Shown: piece after piece, positions 39,430 through 47,838 of the stretch | How the letters are laid out: the number at the start of each line of letters is the position of its first letter | Position numbering within the stretch: position 1 is the first letter of the stretch | Source: Nibricoccus sp. | Lineage (GTDB): Bacteria > Verrucomicrobiota > Verrucomicrobiia > Opitutales > Opitutaceae | Direction: 5' to 3' | Length of the DNA: 64,000 nt | Assembly: GCA_047602425.1 (NCBI GenBank) | Contig: JASGHG010000001.1 | Location: forward strand, 3,104,001-3,168,000 | Translations under genes and position numbers: made by a program | Notes under the pieces: generated by a model | Database searches by the model: none | The model's input: the letters and a program-made list of their open reading frames with translations, nothing else | What the model was told of the DNA's origin: nothing

Positions 39430-40131
39430 ATGAAACTCTTACCGCGCATAATCGTCGTTGATGACGAACCGGCAATGAGAGCGAGCGTTTGTGAATGCTT
39501 GCTCGCCGAGGGTTTTCGTGTCCTTGAGGCGACGGATGGTGCGCAAGGGCTTGAAATGATCGCGAAAGAGTCGCCCGCGCTGGTCATTCTCGATGTGATG
39601 ATGCCGAACCTTACGGGATTGGAAGTAGCGGCGGAGTTGCGTCGACTCGGACAAAATACGCCGGTTCTGATGCTGACCACCCGCAGCGAAGTGGCGCAAA
39701 AAGTAGCTGGGCTCGAGGCGGGGGCGGACGACTATCTGGCGAAGCCCTTCGATCGCCGGGAACTGATTGCGCGGGTCAATGCCTTGTTGCGCCGCCAGAA
39801 TATCTCCCAAGAAAAAAAGCGGATCAGCCGCCTGCGTTTTGGCGCAGTAGAAGTGGATCTCGAAAAACGTACGGCCAAGAAAGGACAAACTATTCTGGCG
39901 CTCACTAACACTGAGTATGCCCTACTTGAACTGCTGGCCAAACACATGGGATCTCCAGTTTCACGCGACCTGATTCTTGATGCGGTTTGGGGCTACACCT
40001 ATTTCCCATCGACCCGTACGGTGGACACTCACATCTGGCGTTTAAGAAAAAAAATTGGCGACAATGGCGAAGAGCCACGCTGGCTGAAAAAAGTGCAGGG
40101 CGAAGGCTATTCGTTGAACTGCGACGAGTAA
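39430..40131 (+). CDS. OmpR/PhoB family response regulator
   Basis: VVDDE, LDVMMP, GADDYLAKPF and RTVDTHIWRLRKK motifs. Confidence 0.95.
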   Translation: MKLLPRIIVVDDEPAMRASVCECLLAEGFRVLEATDGAQGLEMIAKESPALVILDVMMPNLTGLEVAAELRRLGQNTPVLMLTTRSEVAQKVAGLEAGADDYLAKPFDRRELIARVNALLRRQNISQEKKRISRLRFGAVEVDLEKRTAKKGQTILALTNTEYALLELLAKHMGSPVSRDLILDAVWGYTYFPSTRTVDTHIWRLRKKIGDNGEEPRWLKKVQGEGYSLNCDE

Positions 40132-40450
40132 TTGTCGCTCACCGAAGCTTGGAGCTAGAACAAGGGCGGAGTGGGTCTAACGCATGCGAAAGCGAGCGGT
40201 CTTGCGCTTCATTGTGTCGGATGAGAGATCAAATTTCACGTGCCGGTCGACTACGGGAATGAAGCGTCCACGCAGACGATCACGCCTTTAACGAATATCG
40301 AGTCGGTGCGCTCTTGTACCTGTTTGGAACGTTACGACTGTTGCTAGTTATGGCCCTCCAATCAAGGGCGTGCGCGTGCGATAGGACCGAATTTAGCTAC
40401 TCCCACATGAAAACCGCTTCGCGCTAGGGTACGTCTTCAAAATCGGGAAC

Positions 40451-40634
40451 TAAGCCTGCCCCGATTTGACGGACATCGGGAGAACCCAAAGAAAGAACTC
40501 CTGCATGACAGACGAAAAGGAGAAGAGCGGGGCAATGCCCCGGCAGTACGACCAAGCGTTCAAACAAGAAGCCGTGTGCTTCTGGCGAAGCAGTGGGCAA
40601 GCCGCCGAGCACACCGCCAGACAGCTTGGAATAT
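40451..40634 (+). mobile_element. IS3-family remnant (left end plus truncated orfA)
   Basis: IR-like TAAGCCTGCCCCGATTTGACGGACA, then an HTH_Tnp_1-like sequence RQYDQAFKQEAV...ARQLGI that breaks off. Confidence 0.7.
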
Positions 40635-40872
40635 TTCTCCGCTACTGAGAATGCCAATTGAACCATTTGCAGTCGTGTAATGGAAGAGGGTATCCTTCCG
40701 TGATTCTTCGGAGTACTGTGGTAGTGAATGACCGGGAATCTTCTTCATATACAGCCTCGTACCCGCAGGTCTTCTTGGGCGGGGTAAGTTTTTTTGCGCC
40801 AGGCCATGCGACAAAATTTTCGCTTAATAACCGAACGACGTCCAGCTGTTTAGGCGGCTTTGCCTTGGGCAT
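40633..40872 (-). pseudogene. Truncated, probably frameshifted DUF2971-like gene fragment
   Basis: LFHYTTANG.IGILSSGEI resembles the DUF2971 N-terminus. The ATG lies just after the SNF2 stop but in another frame, with an A7 run in between. Confidence 0.5.
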
Positions 40873-40876
40873 TCGA

Positions 40877-43519
40877 TCAACTCGTCAGCAGCGACCTCAA
40901 ATCGGCGAGGGAGAGTTTGGCGGAGGCGGCGTCGCTGGCTTCGAAGACGTCGGCTAGGAGGGCGCGTTTGCTTTCCTGGAGTTGCAGGACTTTTTCTTCG
41001 ACGGTGCCGCTGCAAATGAGTTTGTAGCTCGTGACGACGCGGCTTTGGCCGATGCGGTGGGCGCGGTCGGTCGCTTGTGCTTCGACGGCGGGATTCCACC
41101 ACGGATCGAAATGAATCACGGTGTCGGCGCTCGTGAGGTTGAGGCCGGTGCCGCCTGCTTTGAGCGAGATGAGGAAGACGGGGATGTCGTTGGCGGTGTT
41201 GAATTGATCGACCGCGGCCTGGCGGGCGCGGGTGGACATCGAACCGTCGAGGTAGCAGAAGGGAATTTGTTGCGCTTCGAGTTCGGTGCGGAGCAGGGCG
41301 AGGAGCGAAGTGAATTGCGAGAAGACAAGCAGGCGGTGTCCGTCGTCGATCGCTTCGGCGAGCAATTCGCGGAAGGCATCGAGTTTGGCGGATTCGGAGG
41401 AAGGTGACGGGTTATGGGTGATGGGTGATGGGGAGGTGTCGGATTGGGGGTAGGGCGCGACCGCCGGGCGCGCCGGGCTTGCATCCAGCGCGGGCGGAGG
41501 TAACGGACGGCCCGGCGGTCCGTCCCTACCCGGCAGCAAGCGTGGATCGCAGCAGACTTGGCGGAGGCGGAGGAGTTGGGTGAGCGTGGCGAAACGGATG
41601 GCGTTTTCGGAGGCGCCGCTGGCTTCGAGGTCCATCAACGCGCGCTCGGACTCTTCCTGCACCTGGCGGTAGAGAGCGGATTGGGTGGGGGAGAGTTCGC
41701 AATAGAGCACCTGCTCGATCTTCGGCGGGAGCTCGGGGGCGACGGCTTGTTTGGTGCGGCGAAGGATGTAGGTGGCGGTCTTGGCGCGAAGACGTTCGTC
41801 GTACCAAAGGCGATCTTCGCCGCGCGTGCCGGGCGGAACTTTTTCGAGATAGCCGGGCATGAGCACCTCGAAGAGCGAGCGCAGATCGTCGAGACTGTTT
41901 TCGAGCGGCGTGCCGGTGAGGAGGAAGCGGCCGCGGGCGCGGAGGGAGCGGAGCGTCTGGGCGTTTTGGGTGCGGCGGTTTTTGAGATGTTGTGCTTCGT
42001 CGGCGATGAGGACGGCGAATTCGGTTTCGCCAAAGAGTGCGCGGTCGCGGGCGAGCGTGCCGTAGGAAGTGACGATCAGATCGATACCGGCAAAATCGGC
42101 GGCCTTCATGAGACGGCGGTCACCGTGGTGGATGAAGACGCGGAGTTGCGGGGTGAAGCGCGCGGCCTCGCGGCGCCAGTTTTCGACGAGGGTGGCGGGA
42201 CAGATGACGAGGGATGGGTGGTGGGTTATGAGTGATGGGTGATGGGGCGAAGGGCGAGAGGAGGTTATGGGTGATGGGTTATGGGTGATGGGTAGTTGGC
42301 TCTTTGGCGTTTGAGATTTGGAATTTGGGATTTCCTCGCGGAGCGCAGCGAGCACCGCGAGTGCCTGCAGGGTTTTACCGAGGCCCATTTCGTCGGCGAG
42401 AATGCCGCCGAGGTTATGCCGATACAGGTGCCAGAGCCAGGCGGCGCCGAGTTTCTGGTAGGGACGGAGCTGGGTGTCGAACCCGGCGGGGATGGGGGCG
42501 GGCGCGAGTTTGGAAAGGTTGCGCAGGGCTTCGCTACGTTCGCGCCAGGCGGAGGGCGGCTGGAAGTGCGGGGCGATTTCCTCGATGATGGCTTCGGCCT
42601 CGGCAAGGCGCGCGGTGCTGACGCGATGCGTGCGATTCGTGGTGACGCCCGCGCCGGTGTCTCCGGCGAGGGCACGCTGGGCATTGGCTAGTCCTGCGAG
42701 TTGTTTCGGCGAAACAAGGAAGACGCGGCCCTCAGCTTCGACATAACCGCGATTCGAAGCGGCGGCGGAGAGGAGCTGGTCTTCGGGGACCTTGCCGGCG
42801 CGGAGGGCGACCGTGACGTTGAAGCCGTTACCGTTGTCGACCGCATCGCAGACCACCTCGGCAGTGGTGAGGCGCGCGGTGTTTTTCTCGAAGTTGGGCG
42901 TGAACTCGGCATGAAATTCGTTGCGGAGCCGGTCGCCGTGGGTGGCGAGGAAATTGAGCGTTTTGTGCCGGTCGCGCAGCCACCACTTGCGATTGGAGGG
43001 TTCGAGAACGAAACCATTGGACTTCACTAATTCCAAAGCGGCGGAATAGGAAACGCTCTCGCGCGAAGGCAGCGTCACGGCGAGAAAATGTTCGGAACCA
43101 TCGACGGTGAAAGAAGTGGAGATATCACGCGAAGCGAGTGGCTTGGCGCGCGTCGTCGGTGATGGGGTAACTCCTGGGGGAACGTAGGAAGGGACGATGG
43201 TTTTTGGCGCATCGGGTTCGTTGAGGAATTCACTCACGCCGCGCAGAAGCGGGCCGACCCAGAGGACAGGGACTTGCGGAGCGTTGACCCAAAAGAAAAC
43301 AGGTTGGCCCGTAAGCAACGAGACAAGTTGACGAAGTTGGGCGCGTTTGAGTTGGAGGAAGGCGGGTGGTTTTGGCGTGCCGCACCAACTTTGAAGAAGG
43401 GCGAGGGCGGGCAGAATTTCCTGTGAGGGCGGTGCGTCGAGGTTCAGCTCAACCTTCAGCGCGATGGCATCGCGAGGCGCGGCGGCGGCGAGATTGGGCG
43501 GAAGCAGTAAACGCAACAT
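40877..43519 (-). CDS. SNF2-family helicase with in-frame repeat insertions
   Basis: LADEMGLGKT, DEAQ, LTGTPLEN and QATDRAHRIGQ motifs. Confidence 0.95.
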   Translation of the reverse strand: MLRLLLPPNLAAAAPRDAIALKVELNLDAPPSQEILPALALLQSWCGTPKPPAFLQLKRAQLRQLVSLLTGQPVFFWVNAPQVPVLWVGPLLRGVSEFLNEPDAPKTIVPSYVPPGVTPSPTTRAKPLASRDISTSFTVDGSEHFLAVTLPSRESVSYSAALELVKSNGFVLEPSNRKWWLRDRHKTLNFLATHGDRLRNEFHAEFTPNFEKNTARLTTAEVVCDAVDNGNGFNVTVALRAGKVPEDQLLSAAASNRGYVEAEGRVFLVSPKQLAGLANAQRALAGDTGAGVTTNRTHRVSTARLAEAEAIIEEIAPHFQPPSAWRERSEALRNLSKLAPAPIPAGFDTQLRPYQKLGAAWLWHLYRHNLGGILADEMGLGKTLQALAVLAALREEIPNSKSQTPKSQLPITHNPSPITSSRPSPHHPSLITHHPSLVICPATLVENWRREAARFTPQLRVFIHHGDRRLMKAADFAGIDLIVTSYGTLARDRALFGETEFAVLIADEAQHLKNRRTQNAQTLRSLRARGRFLLTGTPLENSLDDLRSLFEVLMPGYLEKVPPGTRGEDRLWYDERLRAKTATYILRRTKQAVAPELPPKIEQVLYCELSPTQSALYRQVQEESERALMDLEASGASENAIRFATLTQLLRLRQVCCDPRLLPGRDGPPGRPLPPPALDASPARPAVAPYPQSDTSPSPITHNPSPSSESAKLDAFRELLAEAIDDGHRLLVFSQFTSLLALLRTELEAQQIPFCYLDGSMSTRARQAAVDQFNTANDIPVFLISLKAGGTGLNLTSADTVIHFDPWWNPAVEAQATDRAHRIGQSRVVTSYKLICSGTVEEKVLQLQESKRALLADVFEASDAASAKLSLADLRSLLTS
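41449..41530. repeat. GTAG-type REP doublet inside the SNF2 coding sequence
   Basis: GGTAGGGCGCGACCGCCGGGCGCGCCG ... CGGACGGCCCGGCGGTCCGTCCCTACC. Confidence 0.8.
42211..42334. repeat. Heptamer tandem repeats inside SNF2
   Basis: GGGTGAT/GGGTTAT units and TTTGGAA/TTTGGGA/TTTGAGA units; a further GGGTGAT block at 41404-41431. Confidence 0.8.
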
Positions 43520-43677
43520 GGTTGTGAAAAGACTGCCCGGACGGTTCGGGGCGAGGCGAGAAAAACTATTTTTCGAACCATCGGGAATATTCCGTGCGCC
43601 GGTTGCTCTGACTCCCGTTGGCGTTTATTTGCGTCCGTGCGGATGCAGCGACCGACATGACTCAAAAGTGTATCACC

Positions 43678-44022
43678 ATGAAACATTCGACTAAGACCCT
43701 GCTCGCCTGTGCCGCGCTTGCCGGCATTTACTCCGGTTCCCTCGCAACGAAAACCTACGCCGCGTCGCACCGTGATGCCGGCACCAAGGTCCTCCTGGCC
43801 GCCGACGGTGACAAAGACAAAGCCTCTTGTTCCGGCAAGGACGGCTGTGGCGGCAAGGACAAGTCCAGCTGCAAGGGCATGCACGACTGCAAAGGCAAAA
43901 ACGATTGCAAGGGACAAGGCGGTTGCAAATCCAGCGACAACGGCTGCAAGGGCAAAAACTCCTGCAAGGGCAAAGGCGGTTGCTCGACGGCCAAGAAGCA
44001 CACCGAAGAAAAGAAAGCCTGA
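43678..44022 (+). CDS. Secreted Cys/Lys/Gly-rich RiPP precursor (BufA2/bufferin-like)
   Basis: Signal peptide; 9 core Cys in CKGxxxC repeats; directly upstream of DUF692. Confidence 0.85.
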   Translation: MKHSTKTLLACAALAGIYSGSLATKTYAASHRDAGTKVLLAADGDKDKASCSGKDGCGGKDKSSCKGMHDCKGKNDCKGQGGCKSSDNGCKGKNSCKGKGGCSTAKKHTEEKKA

Positions 44023-44044
44023 GTATCCAAAAAATCACTTCAAC

Positions 44045-44070
44045 GGCGCCGTCGCGAGTTGGGCGGCGCC
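44045..44070 (+). other. Intercistronic hairpin between precursor and MNIO
   Basis: GGCGCCGTC / GGCGGCGCC stem with no U-tract. Confidence 0.55.
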
Positions 44071-44087
44071 ATCAACCATTTCATCCC

Positions 44088-44951
44088 ATGCCCGCCAATC
44101 GATTCAATGGACACACCGAGTACGGCATTGGACTCGGTCTGCGAGTGCCGCACTACCGGCATATCTTATCGAACAAACCGACTTGCGCGTGGTTTGAGAT
44201 CATTTCGGAAAATTTCATGGTCGATGGCGGGCGGCCGCTGGAGGTGCTCGACAAGATCCTCGAACAATACCAAGTCGTGCAACACGGTGTGTCGATGTAT
44301 TTTGGTTCGGCCGACAAGCCGGATCGGGCGCACTTGCAGAAGTTGAAACGCCTGGTCAAGCGCACCAAGACACCCTGGCTCTCCGATCATCTTTGCTGGG
44401 GCAGTGTCGACGGCACTTATACCCACGATCTGCTGCCAATGCCCTACACGCGCGAAGCGGCCAAACGCACGGCGGAGAAAATCAAACACGTGCGTGATTT
44501 CCTCGAAGTGCCGATTTGCGTGGAGAACGTGAGCTCCTACATGGAATTTCATGCCTCGGAGATGACTGAGTGGGAGTTCCTCACCGAAGTCGTCGAACTC
44601 GCCGACTGCGGAATTCTTCTCGACGTGAATAATATTTACGTCTCCTCAAAAAACCACGGCTTTGATCCAATGAAATACATCGAAGGTATCCCGCATCACC
44701 GGGTCGGCCAGATGCACATCGCGGGTCACACGAAGTTCGAGAAATATATTTTAGACACGCATGACCATCCAGTGCTCGACCCGGTTTGGAAAATGTACCG
44801 GCGGGCGACGGAACTGTGCGGCGTGACGGCGACATTGCTCGAGTGGGACGACAAGATTCCGTCCTTTGACGAAGTCCACGCCGAGGCACTGAAGGCGAAT
44901 CAATATATCGACGAAGCCCGTGAAGCGCTCGTTCAGCATGCCAAAAACTAG
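44088..44951 (+). CDS. Multinuclear non-heme iron oxidase (DUF692/MNIO, BufB-like)
   Basis: GLGLR, HGVS, SDHL, ENVSSY, LDVNNIY, HIAGH, DTH and EWD motifs. Confidence 0.95.
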   Translation: MPANRFNGHTEYGIGLGLRVPHYRHILSNKPTCAWFEIISENFMVDGGRPLEVLDKILEQYQVVQHGVSMYFGSADKPDRAHLQKLKRLVKRTKTPWLSDHLCWGSVDGTYTHDLLPMPYTREAAKRTAEKIKHVRDFLEVPICVENVSSYMEFHASEMTEWEFLTEVVELADCGILLDVNNIYVSSKNHGFDPMKYIEGIPHHRVGQMHIAGHTKFEKYILDTHDHPVLDPVWKMYRRATELCGVTATLLEWDDKIPSFDEVHAEALKANQYIDEAREALVQHAKN

Positions 44952-45867
44952 ACGCCGCCCTGCCGAAGTTATGCCCGATCTTGAGCCGCGCGATCTGGCC
45001 GCCTGGCAGCGCACGATGCATGCGGCGATCACGCGTCCCCTCGCACCGGGCGATCGGGCGCAACGACGCTGGTTCGATGGCGGCTCGACGGCGCGGGCCA
45101 TGGCGAAACTTGTCAAACCGAGTCGAACCCTCCAACCCGTCGAACGAGTCGAAATCTACAATCGCATGTATTGGTTTCGCATCCTCGACAGCCTTGCGCA
45201 GGATTTCCCTGGGTTGAAGGCGTTATTGGGCGACAAGAAATTCTGGAAGCTGGCGGAGACATATCTGGCGGTGTGCCCCTCGCGTTCGTTCACGTTGCGC
45301 GACCTCGGATCGAGGCTGGAAAAATTTATCGCGAGCGAAGCCGCTTTGGTGGAACCCTATTTGGCGGCCGCGCTCGATATGACACATTTCGAGTGGGCGC
45401 AAATCGTGGCCTTCGACGGACCGTCGAAGCCGAAGTTGCGCAAGGCGCAGTTCGAAGGAACGAACCCGAACCAATTGCAACTCGGCCTGCAGCCCTATTT
45501 GACTATCCTCAACTGTCGGCATCCGGTCGACGAGTTTGTCCTCGCGGTGAAACGCGACGGGGCTTTGCGCACGGAGGCCAGCAACGCGGTGTTGGCGCGG
45601 ATCGAGTCGACGGGCGAGGTGGTGGAATTGCGTCGCGGACCCATTTTATACCTCGCGGTGCATCGCATGGACAACCAACTCTATTATAAACGGCTCGATA
45701 GAGAGGCAGCGGTTTTATTGCGCGCGCTGCGGGCCGGACGAACGTTGGCGGAGGCCTGCGCCGCAGCTTTTGCGCGTTCGAAGCTGGGTGAGGCGGAGCA
45801 GGCGGAAACGCTGAAGCAGTGGTTTTCCCTCTGGATGCGACTCGGTTGGCTCTGCGCGCGGGAATAA
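44938..45867 (+). CDS. MNIO partner (DUF2063, BufC/HvfC-like)
   Basis: RVEIYNRMY..R....L..DFP and FEWA motifs; overlaps the MNIO stop. Confidence 0.88.
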   Translation: MPKTRRRPAEVMPDLEPRDLAAWQRTMHAAITRPLAPGDRAQRRWFDGGSTARAMAKLVKPSRTLQPVERVEIYNRMYWFRILDSLAQDFPGLKALLGDKKFWKLAETYLAVCPSRSFTLRDLGSRLEKFIASEAALVEPYLAAALDMTHFEWAQIVAFDGPSKPKLRKAQFEGTNPNQLQLGLQPYLTILNCRHPVDEFVLAVKRDGALRTEASNAVLARIESTGEVVELRRGPILYLAVHRMDNQLYYKRLDREAAVLLRALRAGRTLAEACAAAFARSKLGEAEQAETLKQWFSLWMRLGWLCARE

Positions 45868-45892
45868 AACGGCGGTTCGATGGCTCTAAATT

Positions 45893-46366
45893 ATGACTAT
45901 GCAAATCACATCATTAAGGACTCGATTTGAGGCGATGGCCGATTTTCTTCGCTCGCCGCTGTTGCTGGTGTTGAGGGTTTATTGGGGATGGCAATTTGTT
46001 CAAGCGGGCTGGGGAAAGATCATGAATCTGGAGAAAACCGCCGGATTCTTTCGCGACCTCGGAATTCCCGCACCCCAACTCAATGCGATCCTCGCGGGCG
46101 GCACCGAATGCATCGGGGGACTGCTGTTGCTGCTGGGACTTTGGGCAAGAATGGTGAGTGTGCCTTTGATCGTCACAATGGCCGTGGCTTACGCGACTGC
46201 GGAGCGCGAGGCCCTGCGCTCGATCGCGAGCGATCCGGACAAATTCACCTCGGCGGCGCCGTTTTTGTTTCTGCTCGTGTCCCTCATCGTACTGGCCTTC
46301 GGGCCGGGAACTTTCTCGGTGGATCGGTTGCTGAAACGCGAAACCAACATTAATAACAAGGCCTAA
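45893..46366 (+). CDS. DoxX family membrane protein (BufD-like)
   Basis: LR...GW.F..AG.GK, E..GG.LL.LG and GPG.FSVD motifs. Confidence 0.92.
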   Translation: MTMQITSLRTRFEAMADFLRSPLLLVLRVYWGWQFVQAGWGKIMNLEKTAGFFRDLGIPAPQLNAILAGGTECIGGLLLLLGLWARMVSVPLIVTMAVAYATAEREALRSIASDPDKFTSAAPFLFLLVSLIVLAFGPGTFSVDRLLKRETNINNKA

Positions 46367-46372
46367 GCGCCC

Positions 46373-46927
46373 ATGTCGGACGACGCCTTCACACAACTCG
46401 TGGATATGTACTATCCATCGCTTTATCGCTTCGCGCTGAGTCTGGCGCGCAGCGAGGCGGACGCGTGTGATCTGGCGCAACAGACCTTCTATGTTTGGGC
46501 AAAAAAAGGCCACGCGTTGCGCGAGGCGGCGAAGGCAAAGTCCTGGTTGTTCACCACGCTATATCGTGAATTTCTGCGAGGGCGGCGCCGCGGCGAACGT
46601 ATGACGGCATTGGATACGGTGCCGGAGAGCCAGTTGGAAGAAGTAACGCTGGAACCGGAAATCGTGGCATCGATGGATGGCGGCGTGGTGATGACCGCGT
46701 TGCAGGAGGTGGAGGAAATTTTTCGCGCACCGCTGACCCTTTTTTATTTGGAGGAACTTTCCTATCAGGAAATCGCCGAGACGTTGGAGGTTCCGGTTGG
46801 TACGGTGATGTCGCGGCTTTCGCGTGGGAAAACGCAACTGCGTGCACGTCTGGCCTCGCGTATTGGGACAAAATCCGGAACAGTCGTGCCGTTCCAGAAT
46901 TCAAACAACAAGGCCTCCCATGGATAA
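46373..46927 (+). CDS. ECF RNA polymerase sigma factor
   Basis: DLAQQTF, SWLF and SYQEIAETLEVPVGTVMSRLSRG motifs. Confidence 0.95.
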   Translation: MSDDAFTQLVDMYYPSLYRFALSLARSEADACDLAQQTFYVWAKKGHALREAAKAKSWLFTTLYREFLRGRRRGERMTALDTVPESQLEEVTLEPEIVASMDGGVVMTALQEVEEIFRAPLTLFYLEELSYQEIAETLEVPVGTVMSRLSRGKTQLRARLASRIGTKSGTVVPFQNSNNKASHG

Positions 46928-47648
46928 CAACGAGGCAAAATTCATTCTCAAAGCCTACCGACCCGGCGGTGCCGATGCTGGCGACGCGCAGTTTAGCGCG
47001 GCGCTGACCCAGGCGGAGCGCGATCCGGAATTGCGGGTCTGGTTCGAACGCGAACAAGCATGCGACAAAGCCATGGCCGTGAAATTGAAAGCGATTCCGG
47101 TGCCTGCGGGTCTGCGCGAATCCATCCTCGCGGGTGGCAAAGTGACGGCGGCGCGGCGTGCCTGGTGGCGGCAGCCTTTCTGGCTGGCGATGGCGGCCTC
47201 GGTGGCGTTGTTAATCGCCGTGGTTTCAATTTGGCGCTATCAGACGGTTTCGACTGATTGGAGTCAGGTGGTGGCGCAATTGAGTGCCGATGCCGCGCAT
47301 GCGGAGAAACATGGCTCTGCAGGCGAGACCGCGAAGCAATTTACAGCGCTGGTGGCGAATGCGAGCACGCATTTGAGTTCGCCGTTGCCGGTCAACTTGG
47401 GACGACTCAAAGCCGACGGCTGCCGCACGCTGACGGTGGCTGGCCACGAAGTGATGGAAATCTGCTTCGAGCGAAACGGCGGTGAATTTCACCTCTACGT
47501 GATGAAGCGGCCGCCATCGCGGGATGTGCCGTCCGGACCGCAATTTGCCGCTCGTGGCGCGATGCACTCGGTGCTTTGGACCGACGCCAATCATCTTTAT
47601 GTGATGGCGAGCGCCAAAGACGAAGCGGCGCTGAAGGCGCTGTTATAA
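46920..47648 (+). CDS. Probable membrane anti-sigma factor (DUF3379-like)
   Basis: Overlaps the sigma gene; P.GL..IL cytoplasmic part, single TM (MAASVALL), periplasmic domain. Confidence 0.75.
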   Translation: MDNNEAKFILKAYRPGGADAGDAQFSAALTQAERDPELRVWFEREQACDKAMAVKLKAIPVPAGLRESILAGGKVTAARRAWWRQPFWLAMAASVALLIAVVSIWRYQTVSTDWSQVVAQLSADAAHAEKHGSAGETAKQFTALVANASTHLSSPLPVNLGRLKADGCRTLTVAGHEVMEICFERNGGEFHLYVMKRPPSRDVPSGPQFAARGAMHSVLWTDANHLYVMASAKDEAALKALL

Positions 47649-47704
47649 TTTCAGGTTGTCTTCGACTGTATAAATACCGGTTTTAGCCTTGCCGGTAGTT
47701 TAGT

Positions 47705-47787
47705 GGTAGGGACGGCTCTCCGAGCCGTCCGTCATCGTCGCGGGCGTTTCTACATCGCAGCGGACGTCTCGGAGAGACGTCCCTACC
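47705..47787. repeat. Intergenic GTAG-type REP doublet (REPIN-like)
   Basis: GGTAGGGACGGCTCTCCGAGCCGTCCG ... CGGACGTCTCGGAGAGACGTCCCTACC between convergent genes. Confidence 0.85.
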
Positions 47788-47838
47788 ATCGATCCAATTC
47801 GAATGAATGTAAATCTGCTGCCTGAGCGACGCAGGCTG

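Noticed and set aside
39275..39475. Upstream-extended starts in the ORF track (here and for lipA, the radical SAM gene, GH48, GH9 and the permease)
   Set aside because: The extensions overlap neighbours or precede signal peptides or family N-termini, so downstream ATGs were chosen.
40132..40450. Unassigned region after the response regulator; possible tRNA or integration site
   Set aside because: No cloverleaf, direct repeat or credible ORF seen.
40877..43519. SNF2 as part of an anti-phage system, or its insertions as inteins
   Set aside because: No defence partner genes adjacent; the inserts are short and lack the C/S...HN intein termini.
43583..43614. GGAATA...GACTC as a possible ECF promoter for the RiPP precursor
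   Set aside because: Single instance with no second copy in the window to support a consensus.
43820..43985. Repeated TGCAAGGG units resembling a CRISPR or tandem array
   Set aside because: They are the codons of the CKG peptide repeats; no spacers or cas genes.
43827..44087. MNIO frame stays open back through the precursor gene (-1 frame), hinting at a frameshift fusion
   Set aside because: No canonical slippery heptamer, the hairpin is too far downstream, and there is a good ATG at 44088. Repetitive GC-rich DNA explains the lack of stops.
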